A stretch of 32,000 nt of DNA from Gemmata obscuriglobus (GCF_008065095.1 NZ_CP042911.1:2910001-2942000), one strand, 5' to 3'; shown: positions 1 through 7,736, counted from the stretch's first letter. Numbers and translations: made by a program. The notes: a model not told the origin generated them from the letters alone.

Positions 1-356
1 GGGGACCGGCCCCTTCGTTTGTTGCGTTGCGATTGGCATCGGGTGCTTCCCTGGTGGTGCTTCCGGTCGTTCGTTTCGTCTCGTTTCGCTGCTTGCGGGC
101 CGCGAAACTTCCACCGGCTTGTGCCCGAGCGGGTACCGCTCGGTTGGATCGTTTCGGCCGCAAGTGACTTCCTGAAAACCTGTTGCGACGCATCTCTTGG
201 CCGCCGTGGGAACCATCCTACTCAACCTTTGACGGCTCGGAGCGCGGGTTTTAGGTGCGATTCGGTGGTAGCGACGCACCAGCGTACTGCCAGCTCATGA
301 CCATTCGAACACCAGCGAACGTCCAGTCGGTGACCCATCGGCAGCGATCGCGTCGG

Positions 357-545
357 CACTGTAACCCCCGAGTGGCGTCGCGACGCGAGTGTAACGGGGG
401 TTACAGTGGTGTCGCGACGCGAGTGTAACGGGGGTTACAGTGGTGTCGCGTCGCGAGTGTAACGGAGGTTACAGTGGCGTCGCGACGCGAGTGTAACGGG
501 GGGTACAGTGATGTCGCGAGTGTAACCCCCGTTACAGTGCCGAGT
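357..545. repeat. Tandem array of about 5.5 head-to-tail units of ~34 bp (TGTAACGGGGGTTACAGTGGTGTCGCGACGCGAG)
   Basis: Read directly: units begin near 389, 423, 457, 491 and 520, with a partial inverted-type unit at 357. Each unit contains TGTAAC-N4-GTTACA and the perfect palindrome GTCGCGAC. There are no unique spacers between units. Confidence 0.9.
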
Positions 546-768
546 GAACTTGGGGACAGCCCCAGGGCCGGCGTCGGCAAAACGTGTGGGTGAAGTCACA
601 ACCCCGTACCCGTGGTACGCTGCATAACCACACACAGCGCTGTTAGCAGCGGTCACGTTGTGGCTCCGTTCCGGTGCTTCGGACGGCTATTCCCGGTTGC
701 GTGTCTGCGCAACGCCCCCCTCTACGGCAGATGGCACCGGCCTTCGGTCCGGTGGGTGCGTCTGCTTC

Positions 769-818
769 TCATACATGAACACGCCTGCGGTGTCGCTTGT
801 GTTGACGGGCCGCGACCG
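769..818 (-). repeat. Inverted-orientation copy of a ~50-60 bp repeat family (TCATACATGAAC..GCGGTGTCGCTT..TTGACG.GCCGCGACC)
   Basis: The reverse complement aligns with the copies at 1781-1841 and 3016-3075 (shared blocks catacatgaac, gcggtgtcgctt, ttgacg-gccgcgacc). Confidence 0.7.
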
Positions 819-966
819 TAGAGGTCGCCAAGGCACGCGCCCGAACGGGAAATGACAGTGGGGGACACGGCTCGTTAAGAAATCAGACGTGTTTTCTGTG
901 TATATGTTTTATAGTTTGCGCCGGTTGAGCTAGAAGGGTGCTTGGCCTGTGAAGGTGCCCCGGCCC

Positions 967-1427
967 CGAAGACGACCTACCCCCGTCCCCATCCCTAAAG
1001 GTAGGGGGTGGCGCCGGGAGGGGTGGTCCCGATGCGAGCGGAAAGGCAACCTACCCCCCGGCCCCCTCCCTAAAGGGAGGGGGTGGCGCCGGGAGGGGTG
1101 GTCCCGGCGCGATATGCGCACGCGGGGCGAAGACCCACCCCCTGCCCCTCCCTGAAGGGAGGGGAGCAAGGCACGGGCGCATCGATTCCGCCTCGGGTGC
1201 GCGGTGGTTTTTGCTCCCCCTCCCTTCCCGACGGCCCACGGAAGCTCTGCTGACCGGGCCGGCGAGCACGGCGAGGGGGCGGGGGGTAGGTTGCCTTTGC
1301 TCTCCTCCCTTCAGGGAGGGGCCGGGGGTGGGTCTTCGCTCCGCGTGCGCATATCGCGCCGGGACCACCCCTCCCGGCGCCACCCCTTCCCTTCAGGGAG
1401 GGGGCAGGGGGGTAGGTTGCCTTTCGC
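967..1427. repeat. Nested palindromic repeat block built from CCCTCCCT-NAA-GGGAGGG hairpin units; ~135-bp copy at 1039-1172 and inverted copy at 1281-1427, plus a partial direct copy at 967-1031
   Basis: The reverse complement of 1291-1427 matches 1039-1172 at roughly 90% when aligned by eye. Several short perfect hairpins (ccctccctaaagggaggg, cccctccctgaagggagggg) are present. Confidence 0.85.
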
Positions 1428-1430
1428 CCC

Positions 1431-1740
1431 CTGGTCACCCCCGGTCACCCTCTGGTCACCCCGGGTGACCGCCGTAACTCCTTGCGGCGCAAGGCTTGGT
1501 CACCCGTGGTCACCCCGGTCACCCCCTCTCTACCCCCCGTAACACTCCGCCGCCCCCCCCTGGCGCGTGTGTAACGAGCGCCGGACGACGTTACACCGGA
1601 GAACGTTACACCCGCGAGAAGATGTTCGACAAATAAAAAAGAAAAGGGGTGACCAGGGTGACCAGGGGTGACCGCGCCTTGTGCCGCAAGGACTTACGGC
1701 GGTCACCCCCCCGGCCCACCGGGTGACCGGGGGTGACCAC
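1431..1740. repeat. Long imperfect inverted repeat (arms ~1433-1526 and ~1645-1738) made of 13 GGTCACC/GGTGACC heptamers at 9-11 bp spacing, with a central ~120-bp loop holding GTGTAACG motifs and an A-rich tract (1630-1645)
   Basis: Heptamer starts counted at 1433, 1443, 1454, 1464, 1498, 1508, 1517, 1648, 1657, 1667, 1701, 1722 and 1732. The arms are roughly 85% complementary by eye, including ggtgaccgccgtaactccttgcggcgcaagg versus ccttgtgccgcaaggacttacggcggtcacc. Confidence 0.85.
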
Positions 1741-1780
1741 CGGAGCGCGGGGCCGGGCGCGCTGCCCCGGTGCCACGTCT

Positions 1781-1841
1781 CCCGCTCCCGGGCAGACGCG
1801 GCTCGTCAAGACAGCGGCACCGCGGGTGGGTTCGTGTATTA
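1781..1841 (+). repeat. Forward copy of the TCATACATGAAC-family repeat; its last bases supply the stop codon of the adjacent minus-strand gene
   Basis: gacgcggctcgtcaagacagcggcaccgcgggtgggttcgtgtatta aligns with 3029-3075 with 4 mismatches. Confidence 0.75.
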
Positions 1842-2807
1842 CGGCGTCTTCAACCAGGCGGCCGTGAACGTGTCGGGCGGGAAGGTGGGGTTCAACTCGA
1901 TGTCGCGGAAGTAGTAGGTACCGATCGTCACTTTCGTGCCGCCCGGTGCGTCGCGGAGCGTCTCGGTCGCGACCTGGAGCCACCGCTCGCGGTCGATGAA
2001 GATGGTCACTTCCGTGAACCCCTCGGCCGCGATCACCTTCGGGTCTTTGCTAGCGGCCCCGCCCAACTGAAATGCGTCCACCTCGACCCCCTCGCACATG
2101 CGCCGGATCACATGGCACTCGCGGTTCCCGGCCTTCTCGACCGTTTTGGTTCCCAGGTACTCGTACTTGAACTTGCCGGTCTCCTGACGGTCCTTCCACG
2201 CCTCGTGGGTGCGGAGCATGGTGCGGTACAGCCCGGCGTCGCGGACGCAGTAGCGCGACTGGCCCGTTGCGAGCGGGCTGTCCGGCGGGATCGGGGTGCT
2301 CAGCTTGCTGACGAAGGCTTTCGGGCGCCAGGTTACGGCTTTGTTCCCTAAGCCGCCCTCCGCTTCAGGACGTTCGCTGAACAGCGTGCCGGTGATCTCG
2401 GACCCCAGGAACGACCGCGCTCCGGAGCGCCACTTCGCGGCGACCTCGATTGCGGTTTTCTTCGTGTCGGGGTCGGGCACGTCGCCGCGCACGCACAACT
2501 CGAGCACCTCGACCGGCGGGGACTGCGGGGGCTCCGGTTTCCCCTGTACCCGTTCCTGCTTCTCAAGAACGCAGCGCATCCCGTGGACCTCGCGCTGGTA
2601 CCGCGTGAGGCACACCGACAGTGCCTTGACCGGGTCCGTTCGGGCCAACGTGTCGAACTCGTCTTGCGTCGGGAGCTTGTCGCCGTGGTCCTCGTGCGCC
2701 AGCGGGGGCGGGGGCGGCGCCGCGCGGAACAACTGGTCGTACGCGACGTACCCGCCGCACGCGATCAGCGCGAGCACCGCGACGAGAAGAGCGAACACCC
2801 GGTTCAT
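1839..2807 (-). CDS. DUF1571-like lipoprotein (planctomycete-type, function unknown)
   Basis: 322-aa ORF with an N-terminal signal peptide and lipobox (LALIAC). The overall sequence resembles DUF1571-family proteins as I recall them. The composition is protein-like, unlike the overlapping frames. Confidence 0.6.
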   Translation of the reverse strand: MNRVFALLVAVLALIACGGYVAYDQLFRAAPPPPPLAHEDHGDKLPTQDEFDTLARTDPVKALSVCLTRYQREVHGMRCVLEKQERVQGKPEPPQSPPVEVLELCVRGDVPDPDTKKTAIEVAAKWRSGARSFLGSEITGTLFSERPEAEGGLGNKAVTWRPKAFVSKLSTPIPPDSPLATGQSRYCVRDAGLYRTMLRTHEAWKDRQETGKFKYEYLGTKTVEKAGNRECHVIRRMCEGVEVDAFQLGGAASKDPKVIAAEGFTEVTIFIDRERWLQVATETLRDAPGGTKVTIGTYYFRDIELNPTFPPDTFTAAWLKTP

Positions 2808-2966
2808 CCTGAATCCTCCTGCCCAGGGGAGAGCGTTCAGGCAGTGTACGCCGAGCCGACGGGCCGCACAACGCGCGGACGAGTGCGCGGCGTGTGGGGC
2901 ACCGGAACGGGTGGAAGAGTGCTGTACTGTGTAGCCGGTCTCTGTGAGACACGTACCCGGTAATAT

Positions 2967-3075
2967 TGTCGCTTTCCTGACGAGCCGCGACCGCCAGGGA
3001 GCGGGGTACGTGGCACCGCTCCCTGGCGGTCGCGGCTCGTCAAGAAAGCGACACCGCGGGTGGGTTCATGTATGA
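2967..3075. repeat. Hairpin element of the TCATACATGAAC family: 38-bp arms (2967-3004 / 3016-3053, 1 mismatch), 11-nt loop, right arm extending to 3075
   Basis: Arms checked base by base. A degenerate left extension is visible back to about 2945. Confidence 0.85.
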
Positions 3076-3205
3076 GTGTGGTCCGCTCACTCCGTGAGCG
3101 GTCGCTCCGGGGATCGGATGCGCGTTGCGCACAGCGACGGAGCGGATGACACCAGGAGCGGATCCGATACGCGGAGCGACCGCTCACGGAGTGAGCGGAC
3201 CACAC
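3076..3205. repeat. 130-bp palindromic element with perfect 34-bp terminal inverted repeats (GTGTGGTCCGCTCACTCCGTGAGCGGTCGCTCCG)
   Basis: Arms at 3076-3109 and 3172-3205 are exact reverse complements. Both strands give ORFs starting MWSAHSVSGRS. Each arm also holds an internal hairpin (ccgctcac tcc gtgagcgg). Confidence 0.95.
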
Positions 3206-3402
3206 TCCAGGCCGGAACCGCGGTACGGCCCGAACTCGAAACGACTGGACTCGGTATGAGTCACCGGAACGGGTGCGGGCGGAAGGTGAAACGAGATGGT
3301 TTCCCGTCTTCGGCCTTCTGCCGGGCGAAACTCCAGTTGAAATCGCCGTCAGTGGCGACTATCCGCGCGGAGGGCAAAGACCGTACACGCACGGGGTGAG
3401 GA

Positions 3403-4713
3403 ATGCGCAGCCGTTGGCCGGTCGCGGTCGGGGTGGTGCTGGTTTCGGTCGGCGTCGGGCGTGCGCAGCCGCTTCCGCCGCCCGCGCTCCCGCCGCTCGC
3501 GCCCCTGCCGGTCGCGCCCCCGCCCCCGCCGGTCGCATCGGTCGCGCCGACGCCACCCACGACGCCCCCACCGCCGGACAACGCGACCCTGCCACCACTG
3601 CTGCCGGTTCCGCCCGTTCCCCCTCTCGCCGAGGTGCCCAAGCCGGGCGGCACCCCGCCACCCGTCGAGTACGACCCGAACTACCTGTACCTGCCGGAAC
3701 GCGAGCCCGAGCGGCCGCGGTTTCGTGCGGAAGAGGAGCCGGGCGGGAAGTGGTGGGGCGGTGTGTCGCTGGGGTTGGCGTGGGCGGATCGCGACACGCT
3801 CCCGGCGACCGTCCGACTCCCCGTCGTGTCCGGGCTCGGCGGGGCCGGGCCGGGGCTGATGCTGCCGGTCGCGGGGCGCTCAACGAACCGGTTCGACGCC
3901 GCGCTGGGTCTGGAGGGCGGGCGCCGCTTCGGCGCGGGTAACACGTCCGGTGTGGACCTGGGGTTCTTCTTCCGCTCGTCGGAAAACTCGTTCGACGGGT
4001 ACGCGCCGGGGGTGGTCGTGCTGTTCCCGCAGGGGACGGCTCGCGCGCCGCAACTGCTCCCGCTGTTCGAGCCGCTCGCGTCGATGTTCACGGGCGTGTT
4101 CCCCGCCCGCCTCACGAACTCGTTCGTCACCCCCGAAGTGAACTACCGGCACCGGCTCTACGGCGACCGCCACGCCTGGCTCGACGCGCTCGCGGGCTAC
4201 CGCTTTGCGTACTTGAAAGACGAACTGTTCATCGGCGAATCGGACCGCGTGAACGACAACGATGACCGGGGCCGGAACTGGCGCGGGCCGGGGCCGTACC
4301 GGGTCTCGGTCGCGAACCCGTTCCACGGCGGGCAGATCGGGCTGGCCGGGCACTACCGCGCCGAGAGCGGGTGGTACGTGGCCGGTTCGGCCAAGGTCGC
4401 ATTCGGGGCGGTCACGCCGGAGGTCCGCGCGAGCGGGCTGTTCACCGGCGCCGAGGGGTTGCTCGGGGGGAACTACCGCCGTTTCGCCGCCCTGGACACG
4501 CGCGACGAGAGCCGGTTCGCGGTGATGCCGGTAGTGAACGTGTCCGCGGGCTGGCAGTTCACCCCGCGGGCGCGGGCGTACGTCGGCTACTCGTTCCAGT
4601 ACCTGAGCCGCGCCGGGCGCTTGAGTAATGTGCTCGACCCCGCCGCAAGCGGGCTCAAACTGACGGACTTCTCCGTGCAGTCGGTGAACCTCGGATTAGA
4701 AATCGGGTACTGA
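3403..4713 (+). CDS. Outer-membrane beta-barrel protein, probably BBP7 (DUF1551) family
   Basis: 436-aa ORF with a signal peptide (VGVGRAQP) and a long Pro-rich linker. This is followed by a Gly/aromatic-rich alternating segment with NPFHGGQIGLAG, and the protein ends in an aromatic residue (..LEIGY). Confidence 0.65.
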   Translation: MRSRWPVAVGVVLVSVGVGRAQPLPPPALPPLAPLPVAPPPPPVASVAPTPPTTPPPPDNATLPPLLPVPPVPPLAEVPKPGGTPPPVEYDPNYLYLPEREPERPRFRAEEEPGGKWWGGVSLGLAWADRDTLPATVRLPVVSGLGGAGPGLMLPVAGRSTNRFDAALGLEGGRRFGAGNTSGVDLGFFFRSSENSFDGYAPGVVVLFPQGTARAPQLLPLFEPLASMFTGVFPARLTNSFVTPEVNYRHRLYGDRHAWLDALAGYRFAYLKDELFIGESDRVNDNDDRGRNWRGPGPYRVSVANPFHGGQIGLAGHYRAESGWYVAGSAKVAFGAVTPEVRASGLFTGAEGLLGGNYRRFAALDTRDESRFAVMPVVNVSAGWQFTPRARAYVGYSFQYLSRAGRLSNVLDPAASGLKLTDFSVQSVNLGLEIGY

Positions 4714-4730
4714 TGAGATAAGGGCTCAAG

Positions 4731-5017
4731 ATTAGCCGCAAAAAAGCACAAAGGGCACAAAAGAAGATAGAAGAAAGAGTTAGCCACAAAAAAGCACAAA
4801 GGGCACAAAAGAAGAGAGAAGACGGAGTTAGCCACAAAAAAGCACAAAGGTCACAAAAGAAAGCCGAGGACAAGACAATAAAGAAGTGTTTTAAATTCAC
4901 TACTCTGTCTCGGTCTTCGGTCTTCTTTTGTGCCCTTTGTGCTTTTTTGTGGCTAATCTCTCTTCTGCTTTTCTCTTCGGTTTTCTTTTGTGCCCTTTGT
5001 GCTTTTTTGTGGCCAAT
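4731..5017. repeat. Five copies of an AT-rich ~36-bp repeat (TTAGCCACAAAAAAGCACAAAGGGCACAAAAGAAG): three direct (4731, 4779, 4827; 48-bp period) and two inverted (4922, 4982; 60-bp period)
   Basis: Read directly. The array fills the convergent intergenic space between the barrel gene (stop 4713) and rpe (stop 5052). The centre, gtgttttaaattcac, is AT-rich. Confidence 0.9.
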
Positions 5018-5051
5018 CTCTCTTCTGTCTTCTTTCGTGGCTCACTCTGCT

Positions 5052-5708
5052 TTATTGCTTGGCCAGCGCGATGAGGTCTTTCATTGCGGCGGCCGGGCCT
5101 TGCTTCGCGCCGAACACCGCGCTGCCCGCGACGAACACGTTCGCGCCCGCAGCGGCGCAGTCCGCGATGGTCTTCGCCCCGATGCCGCCGTCCACCTCGA
5201 TCTCGCACGCGGGGTTGTGGGCGCCGATCAGCGCTTTGAGCTTGCGGAGCCGTTCGAGGCTCTCGGGGATGAACGCCTGCCCGCCGAACCCCGGGAACAC
5301 GGTCATGCACAGCGCGAGGTCGATGTCCTTCAGGTACGGTTCGATGCGCTCGACCGGCATGTCCGGGTTGAACGCCAGACCCACCTTCTTGCCCAGCGCC
5401 TTCTTGATGTGCTCCACCATCGGCCGCGGGTCCGGCAGCACCTCCAGGTGAACGATGAGAGTGTCCGCGCCCGCCTTCACGAACCCGTCCAGGAACCGGC
5501 CCGGGTCTTCGACCATCAGGTGGACTTCCAGCGGGATGGTGGTGACCGGCCGGAGCCCCTCGACCACGACCGCGCCCATGCTCAGGTTCGGGACGAAGTG
5601 CCCGTCCATGACATCGACGTGGATGCGGTCGGCGCCGGCTTTCGTGACCTCGCGGACCAACTCGCCGAGCTTCGAGAAGTCGGCCGCCAGGATGGAAGGT
5701 GCGATCAT
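5052..5708 (-). CDS. rpe: Ribulose-phosphate 3-epimerase
   Basis: MIAPSILAADF..HVDVMDGHFVPN..MTV.PGFGGQ.F..VDGG is classic RPE. The start is set at the internal ATG (5708) where homology begins; the 44-aa upstream extension of the ORF looks non-coding. Confidence 0.95.
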   Translation of the reverse strand: MIAPSILAADFSKLGELVREVTKAGADRIHVDVMDGHFVPNLSMGAVVVEGLRPVTTIPLEVHLMVEDPGRFLDGFVKAGADTLIVHLEVLPDPRPMVEHIKKALGKKVGLAFNPDMPVERIEPYLKDIDLALCMTVFPGFGGQAFIPESLERLRKLKALIGAHNPACEIEVDGGIGAKTIADCAAAGANVFVAGSAVFGAKQGPAAAMKDLIALAKQ

Positions 5709-5818
5709 GTGAGTGGCCGGGTTCGTGTTCGGGGCGGCGCGGGGCTGCAAACCGCCCCCCGAAAACAGTACACAATCAGCACGAAACACCAACCACGAAA
5801 CGCCAAACACCCCAAGCG

Positions 5819-6142
5819 ATGCCGAGATTTCCGATCGCACGCGCGCTGATCCGGTTCGCCGGCCGCGCCCGCCGTAACTGGCTCGACCGCCACCAAACCC
5901 CCGCGAACTTCTGGATCCACATGCTGGGGATACCGCTCGCGTTCGCGGGCGTCCCGCTGCTGTTCCTCGCCGAATGGTACTGGGGGGCGGGGGCGATCGT
6001 TCTGGGGTACTTCCTGCAATGGGTGGGGCACCGGATCGAGGGAAATGATGTCGGGGAGTTCATCCCGATCAAGCGACTGCTGGGGCTGCCGGTGGTGGCA
6101 ATCGCCCCGCAGCACCGACCGCTGAACGAGACCAAACCGTGA
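5819..6142 (+). CDS. DUF962 / Mpo1-like small membrane protein
   Basis: 107 aa from the MPRFP start, with two to three TM segments. The H..N..H and WVGH..EGN motifs resemble the DUF962 (YGL010w-like) family. Confidence 0.6.
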   Translation: MPRFPIARALIRFAGRARRNWLDRHQTPANFWIHMLGIPLAFAGVPLLFLAEWYWGAGAIVLGYFLQWVGHRIEGNDVGEFIPIKRLLGLPVVAIAPQHRPLNETKP

Positions 6143-6756
6143 GCGAACGCGAGGCACTTTGGGGCGCGGTCTGCGAGCACCCGGAAGAGGACACGCCGCG
6201 GCTCATGTTCGCGGACTGGCTTCTGGAGCACGGTGACGCAGCGGATCGCACACGGGCGGAGTTCGTTCGCCTCCAGGTCGGTCTGGCGCGGGGGCAATTC
6301 GATGGCCCGAAACGGATTGCTGCCCTTCAACGGGTCGTGGAACTGCTGTCCGCGAACGACGATCGGTGGCGCGCAGAAGTGCCGCAGGTGCCCGGCGCTT
6401 ACGCGACCGGGAACTACGACCGCGGGTTAATTTCGACGCTTCGCGTAATGGATCAGATCGAGTTCCGTGCCGCGGAAGCGTTCCGCGTAGTGCCCGTTTC
6501 GCACCTCGAATTCGCCCGGCCGGTCGATCCGGCCTACCTCGCCGAACTGCCGAATCTTGATCGACTTGGTGAACTCTCGTTTGTTTTAGAACTGGCGTGT
6601 CCCTTCACTCATCTTGCGCGATTTGTCGCGGCTTCCGACTTTCGATCTCTGCGGCGAGTGACGATTGGGGCACCCAGCTTGCCTGCCGACTGGGAGAAGA
6701 CCTTGGAGCAGCGGTTTGGCTCGAAGCTCGCTCGCAAACGTCCGCCGGGCGAGTGA
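6139..6756 (+). CDS. TIGR02996 (repeat-companion) domain protein with an LRR-like C-terminal part
   Basis: The N-terminus EEDTPRLMFADWLLEHGD..RAEFVRLQ is the Gemmata-type TIGR02996 signature. The GTG start overlaps the upstream stop codon (GTGA at 6139-6142). Confidence 0.75.
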   Translation: MSEREALWGAVCEHPEEDTPRLMFADWLLEHGDAADRTRAEFVRLQVGLARGQFDGPKRIAALQRVVELLSANDDRWRAEVPQVPGAYATGNYDRGLISTLRVMDQIEFRAAEAFRVVPVSHLEFARPVDPAYLAELPNLDRLGELSFVLELACPFTHLARFVAASDFRSLRRVTIGAPSLPADWEKTLEQRFGSKLARKRPPGE

Positions 6757-6977
6757 CAGCGGTTTCGATCGGCTTCAAGATCATTCGGCGTAAGCTGTTG
6801 CAGTGTAGAGGGAAATGCTCGATTCCCCGGGCAACGTTCGCCACACCCCAGGGGCAGAGGAAACAGAGAAGTGCTGCGCGTTCTGCGCTTCGTTACGGTT
6901 TACGAATTCCGCAATTTGCATTCTGATAGTTCCGACCTGCGCGTTCGGGTGTAGAATCTTTACGATGGCAATGCGGG

Positions 6978-7736
6978 ATGTGTTGGAATCGTCCGGAGAA
7001 CGGGATGCCGGTAACGCAGGCCACGCCGGAGGAGATCGCCGCGGCGAACGAGCGGCTCCTGAACGCGACCCCACAAGACGTGCTCCGCTGGGCGAGTGAC
7101 CGCTTCTCGCCGCGCCTGCTGATGGCGACCGCGTTCGGTGCGGAAGGGTGCTGCCTGATCCACATGCTGGCGGAGATCCAGCCGAACGCGCGGATCATCA
7201 ACCTGGAAACCGGGTACCAGTTCCCCGAGACGCTGGCGCTGCGCGAGCGGATCAAGGCCCGTTACGGCACCGAGGTCGAGTACATCTACCCGGAACAGAC
7301 CGTCGCCGATTACGAGGCCGAGCGCGGCGGGCCGCTGCACCAGCTCCGCCCGGACCAGTGCTGCCACGACCGCAAGATCCTTCCCCTCCGGCGCGCGGTC
7401 GAGCGCATCGACCCGCTCGCCTGGATTTCGGCGATCCGCAAGGACCAGACGGCCGATCGTGGGAAGGCGGCGGTGGTGCAGTGGGACGCGAAGTTCTCGC
7501 TGGTGAAACTCAACCCGCTGCTGAACTGGACCAAGAAGGACGTGTGGGGCTTCATCCACAAGCACGACGTGCCGTACAACCCGCTCCACGACCGCGACTA
7601 CCCGAGCATCGGGTGCTGGCCCTGCACCCGCCCGGTGGCGCCGGGCGAGGACGAGCGCGCCGGCCGCTGGGCCGGTAAAGCGAAGAAGGAGTGCGGGCTG
7701 CACGTGATCGAGGTCAAGGACGGGGAAGGGATTTAG
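6978..7736 (+). CDS. cysH: Assimilatory adenylylsulfate/PAPS reductase (CysH; Fe-S, APS-reductase type)
   Basis: PAPS_reduct-fold sequence with a CC..RK..PL pair and SIGCWPCT (cluster cysteines), plus the C-terminal KECGLH motif. An alternative start at 7005 (MPVTQ) is preceded by GGAGAA. Confidence 0.9.
   Translation: MCWNRPENGMPVTQATPEEIAAANERLLNATPQDVLRWASDRFSPRLLMATAFGAEGCCLIHMLAEIQPNARIINLETGYQFPETLALRERIKARYGTEVEYIYPEQTVADYEAERGGPLHQLRPDQCCHDRKILPLRRAVERIDPLAWISAIRKDQTADRGKAAVVQWDAKFSLVKLNPLLNWTKKDVWGFIHKHDVPYNPLHDRDYPSIGCWPCTRPVAPGEDERAGRWAGKAKKECGLHVIEVKDGEGI

Noticed and set aside
357-545. Possible CRISPR array, because of regularly repeated palindromic units
   Set aside because: The units are directly adjacent with no unique spacers, the period is only ~34 bp, and there are no cas genes in the window. 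This is a plain tandem repeat.
1431-1740. Calling the phased heptamer arrays plus A-rich tract a chromosomal oriC
   Set aside because: I see no DnaA-box-like 9-mers, no dnaA or dnaN nearby, and the structure is also compatible with a palindromic mobile element. It is kept only as a hypothesis in the findings, not as a feature call.
19-1983. About a dozen ORFs of 60-125 aa on both strands in the first 2 kb
   Set aside because: They overlap one another in all frames and translate repeat DNA (PLPLGRGPGG, WSPPVTLWSPRVT). Their composition is Arg/Pro/Gly-dominated, as expected for non-coding high-GC sequence.
4587-4900. Cys/Phe/Leu-rich ORFs (86 and 81 aa) and the Lys/His-rich tail of ORF 4900..5775
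   Set aside because: They are translations of the 36-bp AT-rich repeat in different frames (CALCAFLWL / KKHKGHKRK), not genes.
5709-5840. N-terminal extensions of database-like ORFs (rpe to 5840, fumC to 14521, Rieske to 9581, aroC to 22067, paralog 3 to 12714, and similar cases)
   Set aside because: In each case homology or the signal peptide starts at an internal ATG, and the upstream part runs through intergenic or repeat sequence.
4900-5849. 291-aa and 300-aa ORFs overlapping rpe
   Set aside because: These are off-frame or antisense to a clearly homologous rpe reading frame, with an Arg/Gly/Pro-rich composition.
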